From Chrysomallon squamiferum (lineage: Eukaryota; Animalia; Mollusca): 64,000 bases of DNA. Location of the stretch: contig CM022672.1 of the NCBI GenBank assembly GCA_012295275.1, positions 10,664,001 to 10,728,000 of the forward strand. The letters run 5' to 3'. How positions within the stretch are numbered: position 1 is the stretch's first letter; the number at the start of each line of letters is the position of its first letter. The translations under genes were made by a program, and so were the position numbers. Positions 26,633-41,497 of the stretch are shown piece after piece. The notes below the pieces were generated by a model. That model saw nothing but the letters and a program-made list of their open reading frames with translations. It was not told the origin of the DNA and did no database searches.

Positions 26633-28845
26633 GATACGCACACACAGGTACTCACACTGGTACTAACTTGCTGATACATACACAGGTACTCATACTGCTA
26701 CTAACTTGCTGGTACGTACACAGGTACTCACACTGCTACTAACTTGCTGGTGGTACGTACACAGGATATTCACACTGCTACCCACTTGCCGGTACGTACA
26801 CACAAGTACTGACACTGGTACTAACTTGCTGGTACATACACAGGTACTCACACTGCTACTAACTTGCTGGTACGTACACACAGGTACTCACACTGGTACT
26901 AACTTGCTGATACATACACAGGTACTCACACTGCTACTAACTTGCTGGTACGTACACACAGGTACTCACACTGGTACTAACTTGCTGGTACGTACACACA
27001 GGTACTCACACTGCTACTAACTTGCTGGTACGTACACACAGGTACTCACACTGGTACTAACTTGCTGGTATATTCACACTGCTACTAACTTGCTGGTACG
27101 TTCACAGGTACCTGACACTGGTACTAACTTGATGGTTACACACAGGTACTCACACTGATATTCACACTTGCTGGTACGTACACACAGGTACTCACACTGC
27201 TACTAACTTGCTGGTACGTACACAGGTACTCACACTGCTACTAACTTGCTGGTACGTACACACAAGTACTGACACTGGTACTAACTTGCTGGTACATACA
27301 CAGATACTCACACTGCTACTAACTTGCTGGTACGTACACACAAGTACTGACACTGGTACTAACTTGCTGGTACGTACACACAGGTACTCACACTGCTACT
27401 AACTTGCTGGTACGTACACACAGGTACTCACACTGCTACTTCACTTGCTGGTACGTACACACAGGTTCACACACTGGTACTGGCTTGCTGGTACATACAC
27501 AGGTACTCACACTGGTACTAACTTGCTGGTACATACACAGGTACTCACACTGCTACTAACTTGCTGGTACGTACACACAGGTACTCACACTGCTACTTCA
27601 CTTCCTGGTACGTACACACTGATATTCACACTGGTACTAACTTGCTGGTACATACACAGGTCCACACTGCTACTAACTTGCTGGTACGTACACACAGGTA
27701 CTCACACTGCTACTAACTTGCTGGTACGTACACACAGGTACTCACACTGGTACTAACTTGCTGGTACGTACACACAGGTACTCACACTGCTACTAACTTG
27801 CTGGTACGTACACACAGGTACTCACACTGGTACTAACTTGCTGGTACGTACACACAGGTACTCACACTGCTACTAACTTGCTGGTACGTACACACAAGTA
27901 CTGACACTGGTACTAACTTGCTGGTACATACACAGGTACTCACACTGCTACTAACTTGCTGGTACGTACACACAGGTACTCACACTGCTACTAACTTGCT
28001 GGTACGTACACACAGGTACTCACACTGGTACTGGCTTGCTGGTACGTACACACAGGTACTCACACTGGTACTAACTTGCTGGTACATACACAGGTACTCA
28101 CACTGCTACTAACTTGCTGGTACGTACACACAGGTACTCACACTGCTACTAACTTGCTGGTACGTACACACAGGTACTCACACTGGTACTAACTTGCTGG
28201 TACATACACAGGTACTCACACTGCTACTAACTTGCTGGTACGTACACACAGGTACTCACACTGGTACTAACTTGCTGGTACGTACACACAGGTACTCACA
28301 CTGGTACTGACTTGCTGGTACGTACACACAAGTACTGACACTGGTACTAACTTGCTGATACATACACAGGTACTCACACTGCTACTAACTTGCTGGTACG
28401 TACACACAGGTACTCACACTGGTACTAACTTGCTGATACATACACAGGCACTCACACTGCTACTAACTTGCTGGTACGTACACACAGGTACTCACACTGG
28501 TACTAACTTGCTGGTACGTACACACAGGTACTCACACTGCTACTAACTTGCTGGTACGTACACACAGGTACTCACACTGGTACTAACTTGCTGGTACGTA
28601 CACACAGGCACTCACACTGCTACTAACTTGCTGGCACGTACACACAGGTACTCACACTGGTACTAACTTGCTGATACATACACAGGCACTCACACTGCTA
28701 CTAACTTGCTGGCACGTACACACAGGTACTCACACTGGTACTAACTTGCTGATACATACACACAGGTACTCACACTGGTACTAACTTGCTGATACATATA
28801 CAAGTACTCACACTGGTACTCACACTGGTACTAATTTGCTGGCAC
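26633..28845. repeat. Minisatellite, 38-40-bp unit, about 55 copies
   Basis: GGTACTCACACT-G(C/G)TACTAACTTGCT-GGTAC(G/A)TACACA(CA) head to tail. Confidence 0.95.
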
Positions 28846-29269
28846 ACGGGTATTCCCACATCGATACCTGCACACACGTAGTACTCATGCACTAACACTA
28901 AGTGACTCTTACTCATACACTGGTAATTCGACTCTCACACACAGGTTCCCTAACCAGGTTGTTCTGTCTTTCTCTGACTTAATTTACAACAGCTTGCATT
29001 GTGACAAAACAGTCGCATCAGTTCACAGTTGACTCAGTGTTGACTAAATATTAGAATTTCCAAGCGAGAAAACGGCACGCACGGCTGTTTGCCAGTGAAG
29101 GGATGTTTGCACATAATTACGTTATCTTCTGCTGTAATTAGTCTATCACGGTGTTAAATAATGTTCTCGTGTTATAGCTTATAGTACGAGGCAGCGTTTT
29201 GATGGACTAAGCGTTATTGCATTATTTTGTTATTAAATGTTAAGCCATGTTGTATGTTTTAGATTACTG

Positions 29270-29890
29270 TATAATAGCGGTTATATTATTCTGTTACTAA
29301 ATATGTTTTCTTCCAAGAAGTATTGTATAGTATGGACTATTGTAATGACCAACGGTTGTATTATTTTGTTATGAAATAGGTTTTCTTCCAAGAAGTATTA
29401 TATAGTATGGACTATTGTAAAGAGCAACGGTTATATTATTTTGTTATTAAATAGGTTTTCATCCAATGAAGTATTATATAGTATGGACTATTGTAATGAC
29501 CAACGGTTATATTATTTTGTTGTTTAATAGGTTTTCTTGTAAGAAGTATTATATATTCTAATGACCAACGGTTATATTATTTTGTTATTAAATAGGTTTT
29601 CTTGTAAGAAGTATTATATAGTATGGAATGTTGTAATGACCAACGGTTATGGACTAATAAGTTTTCTATATTCTAATGACCAACGGTTATATTATTTTGT
29701 TATTAAATAGGTTTTCTTGTAAGAAGTATTATATAGTATGGACTATTGTAATGACCAACGGTTATATTATTTTGTTGTTTAATAAGTTTTCTTGTAAGAA
29801 GTATTATATATTCTTGACCAACGGTTAATATTATTTTGTTACAAGTATTGTACAGTATGGAATGTTGTAATGACCAACGGTTATATTATT
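29270..29890. repeat. Degenerate ~75-bp tandem repeat
   Basis: gaagtattatatagtatggactattgtaatgaccaacggttatattattttgttattaaataggttttctt..aa, roughly 8 copies, some internally deleted. Confidence 0.85.
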
Positions 29891-30389
29891 ACAGATGTGA
29901 TGATAGCTGTATTAATATTAGAATAGTGTAACAGTAGATGTAGTGGCTGTACTAGTTCTGGTTTTAGTAGTAGGTGGTAACAATGGTAGTAGTAGTAGTA
30001 GTAGTAGTAACAATAGTAGTAGTAGTAACAATGGTAGTAGTAGTAACAATGGTAGTAGTAGCTGCTGAGATAGTGGCAGCAGCGGTAAACGTTTTTAATT
30101 TTAGTCTTTGTTCTTTAAAGCGTTTCATTTCATTTTTTATATTTAAATTTTTCTCTCTGTATATTTTTATTTTCTTACTTAGACTGAGCTGACATGGGCA
30201 GTTTATCTAAGTTACGTGGCGACAGCTGGTTTGTTGTTTTTTCCTCCACATTTGAAATTAATCTTGACGTGTAACTGAGAAATGTGTGTGTTGCACTGCA
30301 TTGCAGTAATTATTATTTGTCACATTCAGGCGCGGCGGGGGGTCCTGCACCTAAACTTTCTGTATTCGTGAAACTAAACAAAACAAAAC

Positions 30390-30421
<32 letters not shown>

Positions 30422-30961
30422 AAAGACACACACATGAAAGTGAGAAAGACTTTATGTTATTATTTTTTTTTTTTTGGTAATCTTTTTTTTTATTAAGTTT
30501 TTTTGTTTTGTGTTGTTGTTTTAATCTTTTGTGATCCATTTATTGTTGTTGTAACTTTAGTTTTTAGGTGTTTTTTTTTGTTGTTTTTTTAATTAAGTGA
30601 AGATTAAAAGGAATGTTGTAATTGTGTGTGTATATATTCATTTTTTTTTTTTATTTTTATTAGTTATATTTTTTTTTTTTATAAGTATGTATGTATGTAT
30701 GTATCAGTGTATATATGTAATATTTGTATGTGTATTTGTGTGTTTGAATGTATATATAAGATGTTTGCGAGGATGTGTAGTCTGACACTAAATCATATTC
30801 TGAAACTGTCATAATATAAATAAATATATAAAATATATATATATTATAGTAACAGATGCAGGATTTCAGAAAATCCCGTACCATTATTATTATAACTATT
30901 ACTTTATTTTGAAATTATTTAAAAAAAAAAAAAAAAAAAAAAAAATAATAATAATAATAAT

Positions 30962-31004
<43 letters not shown>

Positions 31005-32479
31005 CAACAACAACAACAGTAATAATAAATATTAAAATAAATAATGATGATAAATAAATAAATAAATAAACAATCGGTCGACTAATAAGTACGTGTTTTA
31101 AACTTCCATCTGTGTTGTAACGGACACAAGATGTACAGCCAATAATTGCCATCGTTACTCCTCTCCACTACCGAGTTATCTTACACTGTGTGGAATCCAT
31201 TTTTTTTTTTTTCGCTCTCGCTCACGTTTCGCGATAGATACCCAGCACGCTGTTAACATGGCCTGTTCGACAAGAAAACAGATGTCTTCAGTGAAAACTA
31301 GAAGACGTACAAAACTCAGACACACTCACACACACACACACACAGAACACACACTGTAAATTCTCACGGCGCATTGTCCGATGGGCAACTCGGAAACAAA
31401 GACGAGCACACAAAACTTATTGATCAGGACTCGTCTGATTCTGTCACACACGTATAATCGCTGGTAAAACGATACACGTTGCCACCTGTTGGACGAGCCG
31501 AACGTGTCTTTTGTACCATCCTGTGATAACCATAAACTTTGTCACCCGTTCGCGGACGTCCACCGGCGACCGTGCAGGCCACGCGTGGACGACAGTTCAT
31601 TAAAGCCTCCGCTTAAAGCTGCGGTCGCTGGAGTTGTCGTTCCGTGCTACGTTGTCGACAATGGCAGCCACGCGTCGGCCATAAAGCTGAGCTACACAGC
31701 GGAGCAGTGAGAGCGTCACCTTTGTGACACGGGTCAAGTTCTGACACCTGTAAATCATGTCCTAACATTTTTATAAACTCGCATACATACACACATACAA
31801 CATAGAGATATAACTCAGTATATTCTTATATACATACATACATACATACATACGTGTGTATATATATATAACCTGATAACGTGTAAAACATGTAACATTT
31901 TTATAAACTCACATACATACATACATACAACATAGAGATATAACTCAATATATTCTTATATACATACATACATCCGTATATATATATATATATATATATA
32001 AAACAGAGACATATAAGCATATATATATATTTGTTAAACATACATTCATACGTCATAGGTTCGTCAGCGGCATCTGAATATAGTTCGTTCTTGAATATCG
32101 ACTATGAGCAGAGTCAAATCAGACGCACATAAGACAGAGAATAATCAAATTCTAAAATTACATAAATACATACAGTCACTCATTATCTGAGGTACTCTCA
32201 ACAAATTAGCAGAAAGGAATAATTTATATGCACGTTCTCTTAGATAGCAGAATCACGTAACAACCAGTCTTTGTTTAACCCAATTGTGTGTGAACTGATA
32301 GAAGATGTAAGACATTCAATGGGTACATAAAGACGAAAATTCTAGTCAGGTAAAAAAAAAAAAAAAAAAAAAAAAATATTCCGATAATCGATGGGCTGTT
32401 AACTACGTAATAAGTGGAAATAATATAATAAAGATTACGCTAGTCGAAAGATACATAATACCTGCTTGTATTATATTGC

Positions 32480-32532
<53 letters not shown>

Positions 32533-33709
32533 CAAACACACACAAATGCTAGAATAAGGGGGAGAAATAATGACGATAATAAACTTTTAATTGGAATAAA
32601 ATATTTTCACCACAGCTGGAATTGTCGTATTAACATCATGAAGCAGACCGCGCGCGTCTGCACGAGTAATTATAAAAACGAAGCATGCTTTTTAATGACG
32701 TATTAACGTAAAAGTTGAAAATAATTTGAAATGTAAAACACTTTGTACAGTGAGAAAACTATCATTATGACGTGAGTTAATAGCCGTTTCCAACGTAACA
32801 GCACTTTGTTTATATCTAACAGTGGCAAAGGAGCACGTAGAAATAGGTGGAAATAAATAGCGTAAATTTGAAAAGATATCGAACCGATATTAAGTTCAAA
32901 CAGTAGAAAATGCTGTTGCCTTTTAATGTTTATTATGCTTATGATGCTGATGGTGCTGATGCAAATGGTATATGATGATGATGATGATGATGATGATTAT
33001 GATTATAAATTTATTAATTTATTTTTCTTATATATATATATATATATAATAATTCATTGTTTTTTATATTTGTTTTATTTTTGGACAAAATTAATAAAAA
33101 CATTTTCATTGCATTTAGATTGTTTATTGTTATTTATTTATTTACTTACTTAATTATTATAAGCTGATTCTAAATTAACTGCATTACTATAAGATATGCA
33201 TATCTACTAACAGAAATTAGACGTTTGTGTCAAAAGTTGCGATATACTTTTTAAAAGGCGAAGGAGAAAATAAATTTTTGTTTTGTAATCAGAAAATTAT
33301 TTAAGGAGTGAAATCAGATGTTTTAATTTGAACATAAACTGATCTAATAACAGCCACCAATACTGCTACTGCAGCAACCACAACCACTGCAACAATAACA
33401 ACGACTGCTATTTATATTATAATAACTACCGCTGCTTCTATTACAATTACTGTTTCTACTATATTATTACTTTCATTATTACCATTACAACTATTTATTA
33501 CTACTACAATACTACGATTTTTACATCAGCAAGTAAAAGTTATACCATCTACATGTACAACAACATAACTTCTACCACTTTTTTACCATCCATTACTACA
33601 TTATGTCTACTACTAAATACAACACATTTTACTACTATTACTACTTCCACCACAACAACAATTAATTTTATTGAATTTTGCTAGATTTTTCTACTACTAC
33701 TGAAAACAT

Positions 33710-33996
33710 TTGAATTCTAGATTTTAGAAATTTGAGGATTTTGGAATATAAGGAGACACCCTGAAAATAGGGTCTCAGTCTAAATAAGAAATCCTTTTAC
33801 ATTTTACATACAGTTTATATGTGCAGGTATTGGATAATTCTGTCACTGAAATAAAGTATGTGTACGTCAAACCATTTCGGATTTCTAGAGGTTTTCGAAT
33901 TTCGGATTTCAGAGGTTTTCGGATTTCGGATTTCAGAGGTTTTCGGGTTTCGGATTTCGGAAGTTTTCGGGTTTCGGAAAAAGGATACTAAATCTG
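33710..33996. mobile_element. Degraded Tigger4/Zombi-like MITE
   Basis: Reiterated TTTCGGA motifs ending ggatactaaatctg|ta, and internal gtctaaataagaaatcc...tacagtttat, resembling from memory the MER46/Zombi layout. Left TIR not resolved. Confidence 0.55.
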
Positions 33997-34432
33997 TATC
34001 ATGTCTGTTATTATTATACTTCAGCTACTAATATTACTACAAATGTTACTTTAGCTTCTATTATAAATTCTAATACTGTTCCTATAACTATTACTACTAC
34101 TTCAACTATCACTGCTATTGCTAATATTACTCCTACTCCTAGTAATACTACTACCACTGTTACTACTTATGTTATTACTACTTCATCTACTACTAATATT
34201 ACTCTTACAACTTCTCCCAATACTCATATAACTTCTACCACTATTACTACTACTTCTACTAGTACTACTACTTCAGCTGCTACGACTGCTACAGCTATTA
34301 CTCATCCTACTTCTATCATTACTCTTGTAATTACTACTATTACAACTACTACTTCTACTAATGCTACTGCTGCTATTTCTACTACTACTACTACCGCTAC
34401 TAATGCTACTATTACTACTACTAATGCTACTG

Positions 34433-34468
<36 letters not shown>

Positions 34469-35364
34469 TACCAGTTCTGCTAATACTATCATTAACACTC
34501 CAATTGTATTCTCAGAAAGAAAAAAAAGCTCAAACAAGATTCAGCTTAGGACTTCATTGGTTGACAATAAAAACTGATATATTTAACACTGTTATCTTAT
34601 CAGCAATCGAAGTTAAACGCTGTTCAAAGGAAGCGAATGTATAGCGCCACCTGTCGTGCAAGCAGAACGACGCATGTAAACAGCTCCTACGGCCCCAGTC
34701 ACGTGCCTTTCAGATACCAATCGTAATTAATGGTTACGTCACAGAGATCGTATTGTACCTTAAGAGATCGTAATCGTTGGCCACACCACGTTGTTCATTA
34801 TTATCTTACAACTGGATGTTAGAAAGCAAAACACACAGAGACGGCATATATATATATATATTTCTTCTTCTTTTAAAAGTTTATTAAGAGTATCTTTTGA
34901 AAAAAAAAAAAAAAAAAAAAAGAAAGAAAGAAAGAAAGAAAGAAAGAAGAAGAAGAAGAAGAAGAAGAAAATCTGTTAATGATGGAACACAGAAACAGAG
35001 TGAGAAATCATTTGTCAACTTCAGAAGCTTTGTTCTGGAGTACTGGTCAAAACGAGCCAATTTGGCCAATGATGGATCCGCCAACAAAAATGCTGCTACT
35101 AATATTAGTACTAGTACTGTTACCACTACTGTTAGTACTAATACTACGACTGCTATTATTTATCCTTTTCCAACAGCTTTATTACTGCTACTGTCATTGC
35201 CACTACTGCTATTTCTATTACTACTACTGCTGCTGATTAAACTGCTAATGCTACTACTGCAACTACTACTTTTACTACTTCTTCTACTACTACTACTGCT
35301 ACCACAACCACAATTAATGATTAATAGCTACAGCACTACTAGTACTACGGCTTCTACCACTATG

Positions 35365-35401
<37 letters not shown>

Positions 35402-36472
35402 TCATTATCATCATTATTATTATTATTATTATTATTATTACGATTATCATCATCATCATCATGATCATCATGATTATTATTATTATTATTATCATCATCA
35501 TTATTATTAATTATTACTTGCGACTAACAATTCTGGCAATATCACAAATCTTTTTAGTAATATAGATGGTATTAATTTTTATAGTCTGTGGTTTTGGATG
35601 CTGTTACAGTTTTTAAAAAGTCGAGATTTTTTTTTCTTTCTGTAAATATTTGTTTACGTGCCGGTGTCTCTTAACAAACTAAAATTAAAATAACTTTGCT
35701 GTTGTGTTTTGAGTGTGTGCGTGTGAATATGTTTCTGTTTGGGTTTTTTTTTTTTTAAGGGGTAGTTCTGGTATTTTAATTGTGATTTCATCAGTTTCGC
35801 TCATAACGATGTATCAAATGTATCAGTGGAACTTTTAATAATAAAACTAAATAAATAAGTAAATAAAAATAAAATAAAATAAAATAAGCTGAGAGTTTTG
35901 CAACAGCTGTTTCAAGTATGTAACTGAAACTATCATAACAGCTTTCAAGAAGAAAAATGAAATTATTATCACCTTTAAAATGTGATTTTAAAATAAAACA
36001 AAGGGTTAAAAGTTTACTGTTTGTTATTAATTCCCCACAGAGTTTGTGCTTGTCAATGGTTTTTATAAAAGTCCTCTGATTGCCTACTGCAACGTGATCA
36101 AATTTTCAAGTTTAAAATATTGTTGTAAAATAAATAACAATTAGATAAAAAAAAAATAGGTATGGCATATCGGAACGTTATTAAATTTTCAAAAGTTTAA
36201 AACATTATTGTATAATAAATAACAACCACACGAATAAATAGATATAGCATATTTGAGCGTTTATAATTTTCAAACGTTTAAAATATTATTGTATAGTAAA
36301 TAACAACAGATAAAAAAAACAATAGATATCGCATACTGGAACCTTCAGTGTTCCTATAACCAGTAAGATCGCTTCAAGCTCTAACACAGCAGAGGTTAAA
36401 ATACTATTAAATTATAACAAATGAAGCCGAGGTTTAAATAAAAAAAAAAAAATTATAAGTCATTAGCATAAT

Positions 36473-36508
<36 letters not shown>

Positions 36509-36535
36509 GTTTCTAGATTTCTTCTTTTTCAGTTT

Positions 36536-36605
<70 letters not shown>

Positions 36606-37254
36606 TTTATTTTTATTTTTATTTTTATTTTTATTATTATTATTATTTTCAGTTTTTTTTGTATCTTTGATGTGTTTTTTTTTTTTTAAGTTCCACAATT
36701 ATTGGTTTAGATATTTCAATGTTAATCAAAAGGCAAAATATAAGAAGGATTTGAGAAATTATGAAAACTGCGTCAAAAAAGCTTATTATATTATTATTAA
36801 AATTGTTGTTGTTGTTTGTTGTTGTTGTTGTTGTTGTTGTATATGTTTTTTAATTTTGTTGTTGTTGTTGTTGTTGTTATTATATTATTATTAATATTTT
36901 GTTATTGTTATTATATTATTATTATTATTTCCACTGAAAATATGTTAATCAAAACACAAATTATTTACACACACACATAAAAAAAATATAATATATGTTT
37001 TTTTAATTTAATATATGTTGCATATAATCAAATAATATTCTGGTCAATATATATAATACACTGAAAATGTATTTTCTATCAGTCACATCACAAAATTGTC
37101 AAAAATTATTGAGGGTTTTATATTTAATTTTCTATAATTTATATATATATATATAGACCTTGTAAATCAGTATATAGTAAAATTAAAAAAGATTACATTT
37201 TACTCTCAAAAAAAAAAGAACATTATGCAGGCCTACACGTTCCTTCATCTTATT

Positions 37255-37548
37255 TGAAAAATCACGCACAAATCAGTGAATAACGAGAACAAAATCAAAT
37301 CGTTCGGTTCACGCCTCTCTCAATACGAAGGCGTGGATTATTTCCATAAAGAGAATATTGTGGGCGTGGTTACGGAGTTAATTATATTCGCACCTGTTGA
37401 TCAATAAGCAAAGCAAGATGCGAGTTTAGATCGCGGATCGTTCATTTGATAGCAATCAGCTGGCTTTGAAATTACACTCACATATATATATAGTGACTTT
37501 ATGTTCAGTTAATTTGATCAAAATACGGCGTGGTTCCAGCTCACAAAG
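37255..37548 (+). promoter_or_regulatory. Candidate promoter and non-coding first exon of the eyg-type Pax gene
   Basis: CpG-rich island in AT-rich DNA with GGGCGTGG/AGGCGTGG boxes, ending in a strong donor CAAAG/gtaagc (37549); the next + strand exon (41331) has an acceptor that needs an upstream donor. Confidence 0.55.
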
Positions 37549-37648
37549 GTAAGCTTCAAACTGTCTACATATGTTAGAGATAGTAATAATAATAATAATA
37601 GTAATAATAGTAATAATAGTAATAATAATAGTAATAATAATAGTAATA

Positions 37649-37701
<53 letters not shown>

Positions 37702-38881
37702 AGTTTTATAAAATTTTATTATTCTTTTATATACCCGAGTAGAACATTTTAAATATTTTGTTACCTTTATTTTAAATTATATTCATAATTAATTTGAAAT
37801 TTTTAAGAAATATAAAAGTTTTAGATATTATGTATTATAATTATTATTATCATGTATTTGTCTGACTGTCTATGTGTCTGTGTTTTATTCTTATGTTTTC
37901 GTTTCTTAATTACGTATTATTTGTTAAATAATGTATTAATACATTTACTGTTTATTTTATATTTATTTTTTTTAAAAAATTTTTATTATTTATCTTTTAT
38001 TTATTTATTTTTTTATTATTTTTTTATATATATATATATCAGTTTACATCATGAGACTCATTATTTCTCTTTTTTATTAGATTTAAATTAGATATTTAAG
38101 TTTTTTCTTCTGAAATAAAATTATTATAAAATATCTGGAGTTTCTTTTACAAACTATAATTTTTATTATTTTTATATTTACTATTTGTATCAAAACAATG
38201 AAATATATACAATCACAGTTATTATTAATTTTATTAGCATTTATTTATTTAATTTATTTTTTTTTTTTAAATTTTTAAACTTTTTTCATATATTTATCTG
38301 TATAAATTTACATTTTTCCGTAAAGTGTATGGTATAAATCAAAAAGAAACTTCAAAGAAAAAAATCGTAATCATTATTTATCTACGATATAAGAATGAAA
38401 AAAAATAATAAAACAAATAAATCAACTTTTAATTTTTTATTTTTGTTTTTTTTCACTAAGCTTTAATTTTTATTTAATTTTATTTTTATTTATTTATTTA
38501 TTTGTTTGTTTGTTTGTTTGTTTGTTTGTTTGTTTGTTTGTTTGTTTGTTTGTTTGTTTGTTTATTTATATATTATTTTCTTTCTATTTGCTAATGTTAT
38601 TTTAACTGCCTGTAACAAATTTTCTTTAAAAATGTGTAAAAATTATTGTCTCTTGAATCTCTTATAACAGTATAATTGTGAATGGATTTTATAAATAAAA
38701 AAATTAATTTTAAACTTAAAATATTTTCTTCGGTTTACTTTTGAAACAGTTTATGGAAAAAAATTAATTTAAAATTAATTTTTCGTAGAAGAAAATTATA
38801 ATTTTGAAAAAATGTTTAACTGAAGGAAAATTCGTATATTTTTATTTATGCTAATTGCCATTTAGTTTCTTATATACTTAT

Positions 38882-38926
<45 letters not shown>

Positions 38927-39609
38927 CCTATCGCCTATCTCTCTCTCTCTGTATGTGATATAATTTGTCTGTGCGTATTTGAGTGTATGTGTGTTGATGT
39001 TCTTACATTATTTAAGATTTTATTTAAATTAGTAGTATTTTTAATTACCTTTTTTCTTGTTTTCTTTTATTTATTTATTTATTTATTTATTAATTATTAT
39101 TACTACTACTACTACTATTATTATAATAATTATTATTATTATTATATTTTTGGTTGTTGTTGTTCATTCTTATTGTATATTTTTATTTTAATATTTTATT
39201 GTCTAATTATTTATTATTTCATTACCATTTTATTATTTTATTTAAATTCTTTTTATTTTATTTTTTAATTTTTGAAAACGTTCTCGAATAAACAGAAAAA
39301 TGTGCATACAAATACACACACACACACGCACACACGCACACAAACACACACTCGACGAAAAACGTTTTTGCATAGGCCGACAGTCTGCATTAATTTCCCA
39401 ATCTTTGCCCCCTAAAATTTGTGAAAAAAACAAAAAACAACATGATAATTAGAATTTTGCTTTATTATAGTAAAACCGATGACGTAGTAACAGGAACAAA
39501 TAAGAAAAACAATAAGAAAAGAAATTCGTAGAAATTAATTTCAACCAACCAATGAAAAATAATGATAAATAATTATATGTAATATTAGTTACGTAAAAAA
39601 AAGACCATT

Positions 39610-39694
<85 letters not shown>

Positions 39695-40117
39695 TAAAAT
39701 GATAAATAAATAAATAAAAGTTTAATAATCGTAAAAAAAATTTAAAAAACCAACAACACCATAATCAGTGTGTACGTAGGTGTGTGTGTACAAAAGACAT
39801 TAAAAAATACGCTTAACAGACAATAAAAACTAATTTTAACAGTCGTATATGTCTATCAGCGCTTGTAACGCAGTGCCACGCAAACTAGGCGAATCTTCAC
39901 CGCCCGTGGGGACGAAGTATGCACAAAACAATCACGAAAGTCATCACGTGCTTGCAGTTTTATTAATTAAATGCTGAAACATATTTGTTCGAAATAACGC
40001 GATAAGCAATATTGAATAAACCCAGCAACCAACCTCACCTGTATTCAATAAACATCTGTAATAGTCGCTTTATTTGAAACCTTCGCAAGTATTAGTTCAC
40101 TGTGCAACTAACTGCCG

Positions 40118-40155
<38 letters not shown>

Positions 40156-41161
40156 CAAAAAGAACTACATCCTATGTGCATATCATACCACGGATATACA
40201 GATAACATTAGGATACAAAGTGAATTTTTGTTGTATAGGTATAAGAAGGACAGATAATGGGAGCTATTATTAAAAAGAATTTATGTAAACCAAATAAAAT
40301 TACTGGATAGATAAGAAAAACAAGGATACAGATATATGGTACTTCAGATTCACACATATCATAAGGATACAGATATATGGTACTTCAGATTCACACATAT
40401 CATAAGGATGCATGTATACGATCGACTTATAAGTAAAATAAGAATGTAGTGTTTTATGTAATATAAGTATATAATTGAATGTGAAGCTAAAATAAGTCAA
40501 ATAAGAATCTAATGTTTATGTTTTATAAGTATATATTGAATATAAAGTTAAATAAGTAAAATAAAAATGTAATGTTTATTGTATAAAAAGCTAAAATAAG
40601 GACATCTGTTTATGTAAAATACGGATGTATGTATATCGTGGATATATAAATTAAATAAATATATAATTTTATTTAGACAGAGAATTAAAATATGGATAAA
40701 TGCTATTTTGGATGCATAAGAAATATAATGATTTATATACATCAAATCCTGAGTCTATCAAAATATATCTTTATCACTCCGTAAAAAAATCATGTGAGTA
40801 AAATAGTATTAATGTAAATATTTGTGGTGTTAAGTAAAATACGATTACAAGTACATATTCGGTGCATTAGTACAATAAACAAGCGTGTGTGTGTGATGTG
40901 TGTGTGTGGAGTGTATATGTGACGTGTGTGTGATGTGTGTGTGTGATGTGTCTGTGTGGAGTGTATGTGTGACGTGTGTGTGATGTGTGTGTGTGATGTG
41001 TCTGTGTGTGTATGTGCACTATAAAATAAATAAATATATACATGTGCGGATGTTTTTTATAAATAAATAAATATATACATGTGCGTGTGCTTTAAAATAC
41101 AAGTAAAATAAGGATATGGCTATATCATAGCTCAAAACACATATATTTTATATACTGGCTA

Positions 41162-41283
41162 TAGAACTGAGATAAAGATTACATGTATAAGATAGAACTG
41201 AGATAAGATTACATGTATAAGATCGAACTGAGATAAGATTACATGTATAAGATCGAACTGAGATAAGATTACATGTACAAGAT
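41162..41283. repeat. 30-bp tandem repeat x4
   Basis: gat(c/a)gaactgagataagattacatgtataa, just upstream of the Pax exon acceptor. Confidence 0.85.
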
Positions 41284-41337
41284 ACCTGTATAATGGTTCA
41301 TCAAGCTCAGTGTTCTTTATTTCGTTTCAGAAGAACG

Positions 41338-41497
41338 ATGGAAGGCGGCAGTACACCTTTAATAAACCGAGCTCACACGCTGCCCCCGCCCCACCCGCCC
41401 CACCCATCACTACTGGGCGTGCCGCATTTCTTACATCAGACTCACATGGACCCCAGACAGTTAATATTATCACAGGATTATTTCCACAAAATCTGGA
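41338..41497 (+). CDS. eyg: Eyegone-type Pax gene, coding exon 1 (N-terminus plus eroded PAI helix 3)
   Basis: Acceptor tttcgtttcag (exon start 41331), ATG 41338, MEGGSTPLINRAHTLPPPHPPHPSLLGVPHFLHQTHMDPRQLILSQDYFHKIW, donor A/gtaaga in phase 1 matching the next exon. RQLILSQDYFHKIWSR is in register with Pax RQLRVSHGCVSKILGR. Confidence 0.8.

Noticed and set aside
25107-28845. CRISPR-like array or repetitive protein ORFs
   Set aside because: Units are head to tail with no unique spacers, there are no cas genes, the context is eukaryotic, and ORFs break with unit-length changes.
31489-31710. 73-aa ORF in the CpG island
   Set aside because: TTG start, no convincing splice partners or known motif; the open frame is explained by high GC.
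34897-35565. 222-aa ORF and the many other poly-L/I/Y/T/N/VC ORFs
   Set aside because: Translations of AAT, ACT, AC, AG and GATA microsatellites.
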